From a virus: DNA of 64,000 nt. Of this stretch, positions 41,160-50,727 are shown piece after piece (positions within the stretch are counted from its first letter, which is position 1; every line of letters begins with the position of its first letter). Both the position numbers and the translations under genes were made by a program. The stretch is taken from positions 38,211-102,210 of the IMG/VR virus record IMGVR_UViG_3300032163_000004. One strand, written 5' to 3'. The notes beneath the pieces were generated by a model. It was not told where the DNA came from. It was given only the letters and a program-made list of their open reading frames with translations, and did no database searches.

Positions 41160-41768
41160 TTAGTTATCAGTAGTTAAGTTTATAGTTCCTTCAGTATGTA
41201 CTATTTCCATGCCCTCTTTTCCCATTTTAGAATCATTATAAAATTCATCTAATAAATTAAGAGCAGGGGTAGTAGATATTTGTAATCCTGTAGTTCTAAC
41301 GACTTTCTTGGAGAGCTTTTTTATAATATTTTGTCTTTCTGCAATTATAAAAATAAAGTCATTTGAAAAAGAAGTTAAAGTAAAACCATATAAAGTTAGA
41401 TTATCATAAAACACTTTCTCTTCATATTCTACTTTAGCAAGGTTAAGAGTTTCATTAAAAATAAAATTTATATCAGAATCATATTGTCTTTTTACAGAAT
41501 GAAATTGATTAAGGATATCTAATGTATTCTTTCTAAAGTTATGAAGGTTCAAAAACGTTTCACAAAACCTACTAGCTTCAATACTCTTAAACATATTTAT
41601 CTTAGCAGCATGTTCAAGATTTCTATCATTTTTAAAATCTCGTTCTATCCCAAATAATACAAATGGTGATCTTTTACTAAAAAATACAGAAATGTTATAA
41701 AATCCATCTAGAAAAGGAAGTCTAAGATTATAGCTTCTTTCAAAAGTTTTCCCTAGTTCAAGTGGCAT
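41160..41768 (-). CDS. hypothetical protein
   Basis: 202 aa, GGAG RBS. Confidence 0.7.
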   Translation of the reverse strand: MPLELGKTFERSYNLRLPFLDGFYNISVFFSKRSPFVLFGIERDFKNDRNLEHAAKINMFKSIEASRFCETFLNLHNFRKNTLDILNQFHSVKRQYDSDINFIFNETLNLAKVEYEEKVFYDNLTLYGFTLTSFSNDFIFIIAERQNIIKKLSKKVVRTTGLQISTTPALNLLDEFYNDSKMGKEGMEIVHTEGTINLTTDN

Positions 41769-41787
41769 AACAGTTTCTCCAGCACTC

Positions 41788-42102
41788 TTATTTCGAAAGA
41801 AATTTTGTTAATGAAGATTGTATCATGCATACTAAATCTTTATTAAGATCAAGAACAAACCATTTATCTGGTCCCACATCTATAACATATATCTTAGAGA
41901 GATACTTTTCTGAAACATATTTTACATAGTCTTGTTGCATTACAAAAATGGTATCTGCCCATTCGAAAAGCATTTCTAAAGTTTCTTTAGAATTCCTATT
42001 CCAACCACAACATAAAGCATCTATATGGTAGTAACTCTTTAGGATATAAGCGCAAGTAACACTTCTAGAATTAGCATCTTGACATAAGCAAACTGCCTTC
42101 AT
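41788..42102 (-). CDS. low-molecular-weight protein tyrosine phosphatase-like protein
   Basis: N-terminal CX5RS (CQDANSRS), WAD.IFVM. Confidence 0.75.
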   Translation of the reverse strand: MKAVCLCQDANSRSVTCAYILKSYYHIDALCCGWNRNSKETLEMLFEWADTIFVMQQDYVKYVSEKYLSKIYVIDVGPDKWFVLDLNKDLVCMIQSSLTKFLSK

Positions 42103-42114
42103 TAATTCTCCATT

Positions 42115-44091
42115 CTATCTAGTTAAACTCGACCAATCAACTGTCTTTCCATTCGTAACTGGGTTCTTTACTTTATTAAGTATAAGATCTTTCGATAACA
42201 TACACTCTTCAGCTTTTGTATAGAATTCGCTAAGAGGATCTTTCTTACTACTTTCATTCCATTCATATAGTGATCGGATGATATGTTCACCTAGTTCTTC
42301 TGACACAAAATCTTTATTGTTAAAATCAAAATCTGAACTTGAATCACCAATTTCTGATATGTGAGAAATAAATAATTCTTTAATTTTTTCAGGTATTTCA
42401 CTCTCATATCTCTTTATGTATTTAAGGAGACCAGTCTCCTTTTTCTTTAATTGCTTTTTTGACTTTCCATTTGGGGAAAATAGTTGAAGAATGTCTTTAG
42501 ATACATAATCTAAATCAACATACTTAATTAATTCTTCTACTTTTGTTAAATCTGTTCCAGTTTTTTCAGCTACTTCTAATCGAACAATCTCATTTGTAAT
42601 TTGTTCAATACTAAAGTTATTGTTAGAAGGAAGTTTAACAGTTCCTTCAGAATACATACCATGGTGAAGATCAGATACAAGCATTTTATCAGGAAGTTTT
42701 TTAAATGCTGCGGATATAAAATCTAGAATTTCTCTTTCATCTACTTGAGTACAGTTATATTTTTCTAATAAGTGTTCGTACTCTTTGAAGAATCCAATAT
42801 CTTTATAACTTTTAAAATTTCTAGATAATATACTTTTAACTACATCCTCTCCATTAGGCTCAAGAAAACTGAAAATTAACACGTCAGTAAAACATCTTAA
42901 AGCAAAATACGTAAGGGATTTATTAGCATTTGCATCATTTATTTTATCTTGTAACCTTCCTCTTAAACATTTTATATATGATAGAATCAATAAGAAATCT
43001 AACGAAAGTTCTATATTAAGTTCTTGAGTTTTTAATCCATCTGGTTTGTAAGTAATCATTGGAATAGCCATCGGGAATGAAGACCCATTTAATGTATAAC
43101 CCATAAGTGCTTCTGAAAACCAGAGCTTTGATAAATATAACGTTGACTTCATTTCATCTTCTGATATTCCCGGTAAAAATTCAAGTTGTTCATTTATTTC
43201 AAGAGAATTCTTAATAGAATCAATAATTGTCAATATTGGAGTATTCATTATATAAGACGAATGAAGTAACGCTTCAATATTTGATATATCATTCTTCAAA
43301 ACTTTAGTGATAAACACACTCTTAACTTCTAAAGTCTTTTTAGTTTGATCTAATATTTGAGACTTCTCAGAATTGTCAATTTCTGGAACTTTTATATTCG
43401 AAAAATCACTTCCTAAAAATTTATCAAGCTCTTCATATTTTTGATCTAAAAACTGTTCTCCTTCTATTGGAATCACTTCTTTTGATAAAACAGAATGTGT
43501 ATTATTAACGTTTGTTAACGAACCCATAAAAGAAGGTAGAGATTCTATTTTTCTAGTGTTTTCTTCAATTTTATCTATCAAAACTGATGTAAGAAAACTC
43601 TGCTTTAAATTTAAAACCAATGTAAAACTTAATCTATATAAATATGATAATACATCAAAAAATGATGATGCTAAATCAAAGTCTAAAATAACTCTACCAA
43701 AATCTGATTGGTTAAATACTATAGACATTAACACACACTTCAAGTCTGAATCAATTTTAGAATGTCTAAAGAAAATCTGCAGTTCTCTATTTCCAAACTT
43801 TTTAATTATTTGATAATTTTCTTCTCCACTGTAAACGTCATCAACTGATTTAATAACTTTGTCGAACTCTAATATTAATGAACGAACATTCTGGATAGAA
43901 AGCATACAACTTCTTCTTCTCTTATCATTTAAGTTAGTAATTGAAATGCTAAAATAAGGAAGAGAGAAATTTTTAGAATCTTGAGTTGATGTAGTTAAGG
44001 TAAGATCTAATGTAGAGTTGGTATTAAATTGTGAGTCTTTATAAAAGAAATATTGCTGGTTCAACCATATAGTATTCTCACTATCGTACAT
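42115..44091 (-). CDS. large hypothetical protein (658 aa)
   Basis: Long ORF, AAGGAG RBS, no motif recognised. Confidence 0.8.
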   Translation of the reverse strand: MYDSENTIWLNQQYFFYKDSQFNTNSTLDLTLTTSTQDSKNFSLPYFSISITNLNDKRRRSCMLSIQNVRSLILEFDKVIKSVDDVYSGEENYQIIKKFGNRELQIFFRHSKIDSDLKCVLMSIVFNQSDFGRVILDFDLASSFFDVLSYLYRLSFTLVLNLKQSFLTSVLIDKIEENTRKIESLPSFMGSLTNVNNTHSVLSKEVIPIEGEQFLDQKYEELDKFLGSDFSNIKVPEIDNSEKSQILDQTKKTLEVKSVFITKVLKNDISNIEALLHSSYIMNTPILTIIDSIKNSLEINEQLEFLPGISEDEMKSTLYLSKLWFSEALMGYTLNGSSFPMAIPMITYKPDGLKTQELNIELSLDFLLILSYIKCLRGRLQDKINDANANKSLTYFALRCFTDVLIFSFLEPNGEDVVKSILSRNFKSYKDIGFFKEYEHLLEKYNCTQVDEREILDFISAAFKKLPDKMLVSDLHHGMYSEGTVKLPSNNNFSIEQITNEIVRLEVAEKTGTDLTKVEELIKYVDLDYVSKDILQLFSPNGKSKKQLKKKETGLLKYIKRYESEIPEKIKELFISHISEIGDSSSDFDFNNKDFVSEELGEHIIRSLYEWNESSKKDPLSEFYTKAEECMLSKDLILNKVKNPVTNGKTVDWSSLTR

Positions 44092-44582
44092 AAAAATCTC
44101 CTTTCACTTAAAAAAAGTCCTCTATTTGTTGTTTGTTCTATTGGTAGGAAATTTAATCTTAGGATAGAAGTTGGTAGGAGGCGACATCGTCACCGGACGA
44201 GGTGGGTGTTTCACCCATCGAGGAGGAAAGATGTCGAAAGAGATGTAAAGTAATATAAACGGTGATTCTTTTTTGAGACTTAACTTACACCCCCCAAATA
44301 AATATAATAATAGATAATTTAATAACTCTGTCGGGGTGTCCCGCTAACAGAACTCCGTTCAGGCACCACAAGAATGTCCCAAACTAAAGTAGCGGAGTCC
44401 GGTGAGCATAAACCACTAATAGACTTCTCGATTTCGAAGACTTATCTTAAAATGTTATCTTATTCTTTTATTATTTATTCTTCATTATTTTATTCAATAT
44501 TCTCAGTTAAATTCTTGATTCAAATATAGATTCAAATATTTGTTATGAGAACAATCTATAAATTATAGAAAGGAAGAGAAAA

Positions 44583-45113
44583 ATGAATGGATGGGATAAG
44601 TATTTCTTAGATGTATGTAATGCTGTTGCGAAAAATTCTAAATGTTTATCTAGACATGTTGGTTGTGTTTTAGTAAGAGATAAATCTATAATATCTCAAG
44701 GTTATAATGGACCTCCAAGAGGAGTACCTCACTGTGGAGATAGATACTTCATTGATAGTCTTATTATAAAAGAATTAGTAATGCATGAAATTAGTGTTGG
44801 AAGAGTTGACCTAAAAAGATGTCCAAGATATACTTTAGGATATAAATCAGGAGAAGGTCTTCATTTATGTAATGCAGGTCATGCTGAAAGAAATGTTTTG
44901 ATTTCTGCAGCTAGATTTGGAATTTCAACTAAAGATGCAAAACTTTATTGCGATTGTGGAACTCCTTGTGGAGATTGTTTAATAGAAATTATTAATGCTG
45001 GAATAGAAGAAATTATAGTTACTCATTTAGATTTATATGATGAGAAGTCTAAGTTTCTACTTTCTAGCAGTGGTATAAAAATAAGAACTTATCAACTACA
45101 GGAGGAAAAATAA
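44583..45113 (+). CDS. dCMP deaminase
   Basis: SKC..RHVG, GYNG, HAERN, PCxxC Zn motifs. Confidence 0.93.
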   Translation: MNGWDKYFLDVCNAVAKNSKCLSRHVGCVLVRDKSIISQGYNGPPRGVPHCGDRYFIDSLIIKELVMHEISVGRVDLKRCPRYTLGYKSGEGLHLCNAGHAERNVLISAARFGISTKDAKLYCDCGTPCGDCLIEIINAGIEEIIVTHLDLYDEKSKFLLSSSGIKIRTYQLQEEK

Positions 45114-45838
45114 TGGTTGCACAACTTGAACCATCAGTAGGAAAATGTCCTGAATGTGGTTATCATCATCCACCAATAGCTGTTGGACAAAAGTGTCCAA
45201 TGTCTAAACCAAAAGATTCTGAAGGAAAAGAAATTCAGACTAATGAATTTGTTTCTCAGATAAAAAATATAGTAGTTAGTCAAATACAAAAGAAACATAT
45301 TAAAGATACTAAAAAATTGTTTTCTTATGTTTTACTTCAGTTGAGTAAATATTTAGAAGGATATAAAGAATAAAAAAGAAAGGATAATGTTGTGATAGAA
45401 CAAACTTTAAAAGCAAAAACTAGGGATAAGATGACAAAGATTACAGATAATTTAATTCAACTTATTAAAGACAAACTTAAAGGTACGATGTTTGAAATTA
45501 ATCGTACTACTAAAGACGAAAAGAATACAGTTTTATATTCTGATCTTGCGATAATTAGGATATCTAAAGAGAAAGCCATTACAATTTCATTTCATGCTAT
45601 TATTAGAAGTGATGTAGCATATGTTATATTTTTAAAACTCAAAGAGATCAAGTCTATTAGGAAAGTTGATATTGTTCCAGCTTTTTTTTATGATGAGAAA
45701 GGACCAAAAGTTTACTATGGTAACGATGCAGAAGAAAGGTTAGTAAATGAACTTAGGAGAAATTTTATAAATGACTTTGTTAATGAACAAACTCAGATAA
45801 TGATCTTGAGGAATTTTAGATCCCCATATGTATGTTAA
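45113..45838 (+). other. hypothetical ORFs 45113-45373 (CPECG..H..C) and 45392-45838
   Basis: Operonic ORFs. Confidence 0.65.
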
Positions 45839-45852
45839 TGAAGGAGTAGTGA

Positions 45853-46833
45853 ATGAATATTGAGAATACACTCTGGGTTGAGAAATATCGTCCAAGGAAG
45901 CTGGAAGATATGGTTTTACAAGAGGAATATAAGATTGACTTCCAAAAATGGATAGAAAATAAGGAAGTTCCGAATTGTTTGTTCTCAGGACCTCCTGGTA
46001 GTGGAAAGACTACTTTCGCTAAAATTCTAACTTCTAAATTTGGAATACTACAACACCCTGCAGATAATCTTCTAGTAATTAACGGGTCGGCTAAAGAAAC
46101 GCGCGGAATAAGTTACGTTCAAGATTGTATTGAACCATTCTTGAAAATTCCTCCTGTAGGAGATAACTATAGAATAGTTTTTATAGATGAAGGTGATTTC
46201 TTAACAGATGCAGCGTTTAGTTCACTTCGAAATATAATTGAAAGGTATTCACAGAATGGTAGATTTATTGTAACATGTAATTATATGTCGAAGTTTCCAG
46301 AAGCTATAATTAGTAGATTTCGGGTTTACTCTTTTAAGCAATATCCAACTGAACTTGTTTATGAATACTGTAGAAAGATATTAGATTCCGAAAAGATTGA
46401 ATATGAAAAAGAAAGCATTCAATTTGTTATTGGAGGACTATACCCAGATGTAAGGAGAATTGTTGACACTTTACAAAAGTTTTCTTCTTCTGGTAAATTA
46501 AAAGTTAATAAAGATCTAGTTCAAACAAATGAGAAATTATTAACTGCTTCTGTCCTTGAGATTATATCATATATAAATAAAAATGAGATGAGTAAAATTG
46601 GAAGAGCTATGAATACTATAGTTAATTTATTAAATGAACAAGACCTTGATTTTAGAAATATATATTCATCACTGTTTTTTAATTCGTTAGTTCCTGCAAA
46701 TACTAAAATTATAATTAATAAATATTCAAATAGTCATTCGGACTGTTTAATTCCTAGTATGCATTTTTGCGGAATGTTGTTTGAAGTAATTCAAGTTCTG
46801 AAAGAATACAAGGAGTTAGTAGAGAAAAAATGA
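45853..46833 (+). CDS. clamp loader ATPase subunit (T4 gp44 / RFC small-like)
   Basis: LWVEKYRP, GPPGSGKTT, FIDEGD, TCNY, SRF, YPDVRR. Confidence 0.93.
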   Translation: MNIENTLWVEKYRPRKLEDMVLQEEYKIDFQKWIENKEVPNCLFSGPPGSGKTTFAKILTSKFGILQHPADNLLVINGSAKETRGISYVQDCIEPFLKIPPVGDNYRIVFIDEGDFLTDAAFSSLRNIIERYSQNGRFIVTCNYMSKFPEAIISRFRVYSFKQYPTELVYEYCRKILDSEKIEYEKESIQFVIGGLYPDVRRIVDTLQKFSSSGKLKVNKDLVQTNEKLLTASVLEIISYINKNEMSKIGRAMNTIVNLLNEQDLDFRNIYSSLFFNSLVPANTKIIINKYSNSHSDCLIPSMHFCGMLFEVIQVLKEYKELVEKK

Positions 46834-47345
46834 AATTTATTAGTATATACAATAAAGAAATTAACTTTTCAGCAGGGGTTCCAACACGATACGTAGTCAG
46901 AAAATCTAACATTGCTTCTGCTAAACTTATTCTATTTCTTATAGCTAGAAGAAAGTATACATATTTATATGGTGATGAAGTTTTTGAAACTTGTAAAGTG
47001 TGTAATGGAATTGGATGCAAAACTCTTGCTACACCAGATTCTCCTGAAGCTTATTTGATTCCTATTTGTGAAGAGTGTAATGGTTTTGGAGGAAAGTTTG
47101 TTTTAGGTGAATTAATTTTTAAATGTGATTTTTGTAATAGTGAAGTACGAGATCCTAAAAGAGTTTGTCCCAAGTGTCAAGGAACTGGTTATGTAGATTT
47201 TTTAGAAAACGTTTTATTTACTTTAGATGGTCATTATAATTGGAGAAAAAACTTTCCATACGATTGGGAAATAGATAGATCAATGACGCAATTTATGAGA
47301 GAAGTAGAATCGGAGAATGGTTATGTATATCCTTCAACATACTGA
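46830..47345 (+). CDS. DnaJ-type CxxCxGxG zinc-finger protein
   Basis: CKVCNGIG, CEECNGFG, CPKCQGTG. Confidence 0.7.
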   Translation: MKFISIYNKEINFSAGVPTRYVVRKSNIASAKLILFLIARRKYTYLYGDEVFETCKVCNGIGCKTLATPDSPEAYLIPICEECNGFGGKFVLGELIFKCDFCNSEVRDPKRVCPKCQGTGYVDFLENVLFTLDGHYNWRKNFPYDWEIDRSMTQFMREVESENGYVYPSTY

Positions 47346-47721
47346 AGTAGAGAAGAGGATTAGATTTGATTTAGCTAGAGTAAAGTATACTATAATATAT
47401 GGAGACTCGATTTTTGTTAAGTGTAAAACATGTAATGGAACTGGTTTAGGTGGTATAACTAAATTTGAAAATTCTATAGGTTGGGATTGTAATTCTTACT
47501 GCTCAGTTTGTGAAGGATTTGGAGGAATGTTTATTTTAGGTGAAACAATTTTTAAATGTGATAAATGTGATGGGGATATTAAATGTGGTAAATGTGCAGG
47601 AACTGGTTATGTTGATTTTCTAGAAAACATATTGTTTCATCCAAACAGTACTTCTTATGATTGGAAATCTAGAATTCCTTCTCGTGAGAGAAGAGATGTA
47701 TTTTCGGAGTGGGGATGGTAG
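47317..47721 (+). CDS. DnaJ-type zinc-finger protein, tandem paralog
   Basis: CKTCNGTG, CSVCEGFG, CGKCAGTG; GYVDFLEN shared. Confidence 0.7.
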   Translation: MVMYILQHTEVEKRIRFDLARVKYTIIYGDSIFVKCKTCNGTGLGGITKFENSIGWDCNSYCSVCEGFGGMFILGETIFKCDKCDGDIKCGKCAGTGYVDFLENILFHPNSTSYDWKSRIPSRERRDVFSEWGW

Positions 47722-48731
47722 GAATATATAGAGACGATTTTCTACATTATTTGAAAGATAATTTAGGATATGCTAAAATAAGTTCTAAAAACATCGTGAC
47801 AAAATGTCCATGGTGTGAACATAATAAAGAGAAAAAACACTATCATTTATATATAGCTCTTGACGCTCCTATCTTTCATTGCTGGCAGGCAAAATGTAAT
47901 AAATCAGGAACAATTTCTAAACTAACAAATTTTATAGACGGAGTGGACCATTTTGAGCAATTTGTTGATAAATCACTGATTACTAAAACAGAAGAAAAGA
48001 GATTAATTAATCCTCTCAAAGAAAAGAAACCTTTAGAGATTCCAGAGTTGGATGTTGATAAATTTAAATTGAAGTCTTTATATATTAAACATAGGTTAGC
48101 ATTTGATATAGATGTTAATAATATTAATAAGTTAGTATTTGATATCGAAGAGTTTGTTAGAATTAATAGTATTAAATTAGATGATAAGTCTCAAAGGATG
48201 ATGGACTTTCTACAAAGTAATTTTATAGGATTTTTGACAGAGCATGATAGTCTATTAATTTTGAGAAATATTGATCCCAACGCGACATTTAGATATTTTA
48301 AGATTAATCTTTGTGAGAGTGAATTTTTAGATTATTATAAGATTCCGGGTGGTTGTTTTAATTCAGAAAAAGTTGTTTTATCGGAAGGAATATTCGATAT
48401 TTATGCTGAACAAAAAAATGACTCGCTAAACATTAAAGATTCTGTTAAGTTATATGTTGCAACATTATCTGGATCTTTTGAATCAGTATTAAAGAGCTTG
48501 GTTTTTTATGAACAAATTTATCGTCTCGATACTATTATTTTGTCCCATAAAGATGTTGATATGAATACATATGGAAAATTAAAAAAGTTTAACCAACATA
48601 TATTAAATACATTAACTATTTACTATAATAAGACTGGAAAAGACTTTGCAACATTTCCAGTTATACCAGAGAAAATAACAGTTCAGGAGGACTCTGAAAA
48701 ATCATGTTGGAGGCAGAAAAGAAAAAATTAA
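47709..48731 (+). CDS. DNA primase (T4 gp61-like, Zn finger + TOPRIM)
   Basis: CPWC...FHCW..KC, EGIFD, KDF. Confidence 0.8.
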   Translation: MGMVGIYRDDFLHYLKDNLGYAKISSKNIVTKCPWCEHNKEKKHYHLYIALDAPIFHCWQAKCNKSGTISKLTNFIDGVDHFEQFVDKSLITKTEEKRLINPLKEKKPLEIPELDVDKFKLKSLYIKHRLAFDIDVNNINKLVFDIEEFVRINSIKLDDKSQRMMDFLQSNFIGFLTEHDSLLILRNIDPNATFRYFKINLCESEFLDYYKIPGGCFNSEKVVLSEGIFDIYAEQKNDSLNIKDSVKLYVATLSGSFESVLKSLVFYEQIYRLDTIILSHKDVDMNTYGKLKKFNQHILNTLTIYYNKTGKDFATFPVIPEKITVQEDSEKSCWRQKRKN

Positions 48732-49084
48732 AAGAAGCATTTGATGAAGTTATAGCTTCAGACTTAACTTATAATAAACCAATTTCAGATATAGATTATA
48801 CTGTGTTAACTAAAGCAATGAGTGTTGATAAAGTACAAAAAGTTTTAGGATGTAATGTTTGTTTGTTTAACTATAGTTTTGAAAATTGTCCATCAGTTTT
48901 AATTGTATTTTGTTACTACCCAAAAGAAGATAGTGGTTCGAAACATATTTCAGAAAAGACTATTGATATTATTAGTTTACTTCAGGATACATTTATTACA
49001 TTGGATTATGTAGATATTATAACTGTGAAGAGTGAACCATTTGTATATATCACTGCTGTGAAAAAGAATTTGAAAAAAAATTGA
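48704..49084 (+). CDS. hypothetical protein
   Basis: AGGAGG upstream, operonic. Confidence 0.6.
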   Translation: MLEAEKKKLKEAFDEVIASDLTYNKPISDIDYTVLTKAMSVDKVQKVLGCNVCLFNYSFENCPSVLIVFCYYPKEDSGSKHISEKTIDIISLLQDTFITLDYVDIITVKSEPFVYITAVKKNLKKN

Positions 49085-49096
49085 AAGGAGAATTTT

Positions 49097-49837
49097 ATGG
49101 TTGAAGTAAGTCTTGATGCAGAAAAATTTGGTAGTTTTTTAAGAACGTTATCACTTTTTAGAGATATTTGTAATGATGTAGAAATTAGATCTGGAATGGT
49201 AAGACAAAGAACTAATGATAAAGCCAATATATTTGAGATGGATCTTTCTTCTTTAATTTTAGACTCTGATATTCTTATTTCTAACTTGAAACAAAAACTA
49301 GATTTATTAAAATGTTTTCTTGGACAGGAAGTAAAAATTGTCAGTAATAATAATGAAGTTTCTTTTTCAGATCAATATTCTATAATTAAATTTAAGAATC
49401 CAAGAGTAGATTTTATAGATAATAAATTTATGTCAAGTGAAGAATTCTCTAGTATCTTTAGTTTGAATGAAGAAGACCTTCTTATGGATTATGAGATTGC
49501 AAAGACTATTTCTGAAAGGATGAAAGTTATAGCACAGGGTTTTAATATTGTTTCTTTTCAAGTATTTTTTGAAGGAGATAATGCATCAATAACAGCTTCG
49601 ACTTCATCTAAAGATCAACACGCAAAGATAGTGTCTGATATTCCAATTAATCAAACTACTAATAATACTTTTTCAAATCTAGTTGTTACTCCTTTTGTAA
49701 TAGATCATGATGGTTCAGCAGTTTTAAAAATGTATAATATAAGCGAAAATATGTGTGTTAATAAGTTTGTAACTGCGATAGGAGATGTTAATATTAATAT
49801 TTTCGCGAGGTCTCAGTTGATGGAAGTAACAGAATAA
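49097..49837 (+). CDS. sliding clamp (gp45/PCNA-like)
   Basis: 246 aa acidic alpha/beta protein in a replication operon with clamp loader. Confidence 0.7.
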   Translation: MVEVSLDAEKFGSFLRTLSLFRDICNDVEIRSGMVRQRTNDKANIFEMDLSSLILDSDILISNLKQKLDLLKCFLGQEVKIVSNNNEVSFSDQYSIIKFKNPRVDFIDNKFMSSEEFSSIFSLNEEDLLMDYEIAKTISERMKVIAQGFNIVSFQVFFEGDNASITASTSSKDQHAKIVSDIPINQTTNNTFSNLVVTPFVIDHDGSAVLKMYNISENMCVNKFVTAIGDVNINIFARSQLMEVTE

Positions 49838-50727
49838 TGATAAATTTAACGTGCAAGATTTGTAAAAGAGAGTTCAAGAATTATGTAAGTTTAGTTCCAC
49901 ATTTTTCACAAACACATAAAATAAGAAGTAAAGATTACTATGATAAATTTCTAAAGAAAAATGGAGAAGAAAAGTGTAATAATCCTAACTGTAATAATAA
50001 TACAAGTTTTCTTGATATTCGTAGGGGATATTCTGAATACTGTTCACTAAAATGTGTTTATTTAGATCCTCTAACACAGTTTAAAATAAAACAAACATGC
50101 TTGAAAAAATATAATGTTGATAATCCATCTAAATATGAAAAAGTTAAAGAGAAAAAAGAAGACACGTCTCTTAAAAATTATGGAGTTAGATGCTCATTTG
50201 AAGCAGAAGAAGTTAAAGAAAAAAAGATAGTTAGTTATCTAAAAAATTTTGGTGTTGATAATCCATCTAAATCTGAAAAGATTAAAGAAAAGAAAGCAAA
50301 AACTTGTTTAAAAAACTATAATGTTGATAGTCCTTTTAAATCTGAACAAATTAGAGAGAAATCTGAGAAAACGATGATAGAAAAGTATGGTGTTAAGTAT
50401 GCGACACAATTAGTTCGAAGACCATCTATTCCACAAATTGTAATATTTCGTAATGTTAAAGAATTATGTTTAGACACTGAACTAGAGTATCCGTTTTTAA
50501 ATTATACTTTAGATATAGCTATTCTAAGTTTAAAAATAGATATAGAATATGATGGTTTTCGTTATCACCAAGGAAGAGAACTACATGATAAAAAGAGAGA
50601 TGAAGAACTAAAGAAACGTGGATGGAGAATTATTAGATATAAAGGAATTGAAGGTAAAGATATTGTTCCAACTAAAGATCAAATATTGAAAGATATTCAA
50701 AATTTAATACAGGGGGGTATAGTCTAA
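49837..50727 (+). CDS. homing-endonuclease-like protein (C2H2 finger + KYGVDNPSK repeats + DUF559-like nuclease)
   Basis: CKIC..H...H; repeated T.LK.YxVDNPSK; IDIEYDG..YH, GWRIIR. Confidence 0.78.
   Translation: MINLTCKICKREFKNYVSLVPHFSQTHKIRSKDYYDKFLKKNGEEKCNNPNCNNNTSFLDIRRGYSEYCSLKCVYLDPLTQFKIKQTCLKKYNVDNPSKYEKVKEKKEDTSLKNYGVRCSFEAEEVKEKKIVSYLKNFGVDNPSKSEKIKEKKAKTCLKNYNVDSPFKSEQIREKSEKTMIEKYGVKYATQLVRRPSIPQIVIFRNVKELCLDTELEYPFLNYTLDIAILSLKIDIEYDGFRYHQGRELHDKKRDEELKKRGWRIIRYKGIEGKDIVPTKDQILKDIQNLIQGGIV

Noticed and set aside
44160-44450. RNase P RNA
   Set aside because: GAGGAAAG and ACAGAAC fragments occur, but GAGGAAAGUCC and the matching P4 3' strand are not intact; kept only as a generic structured element.
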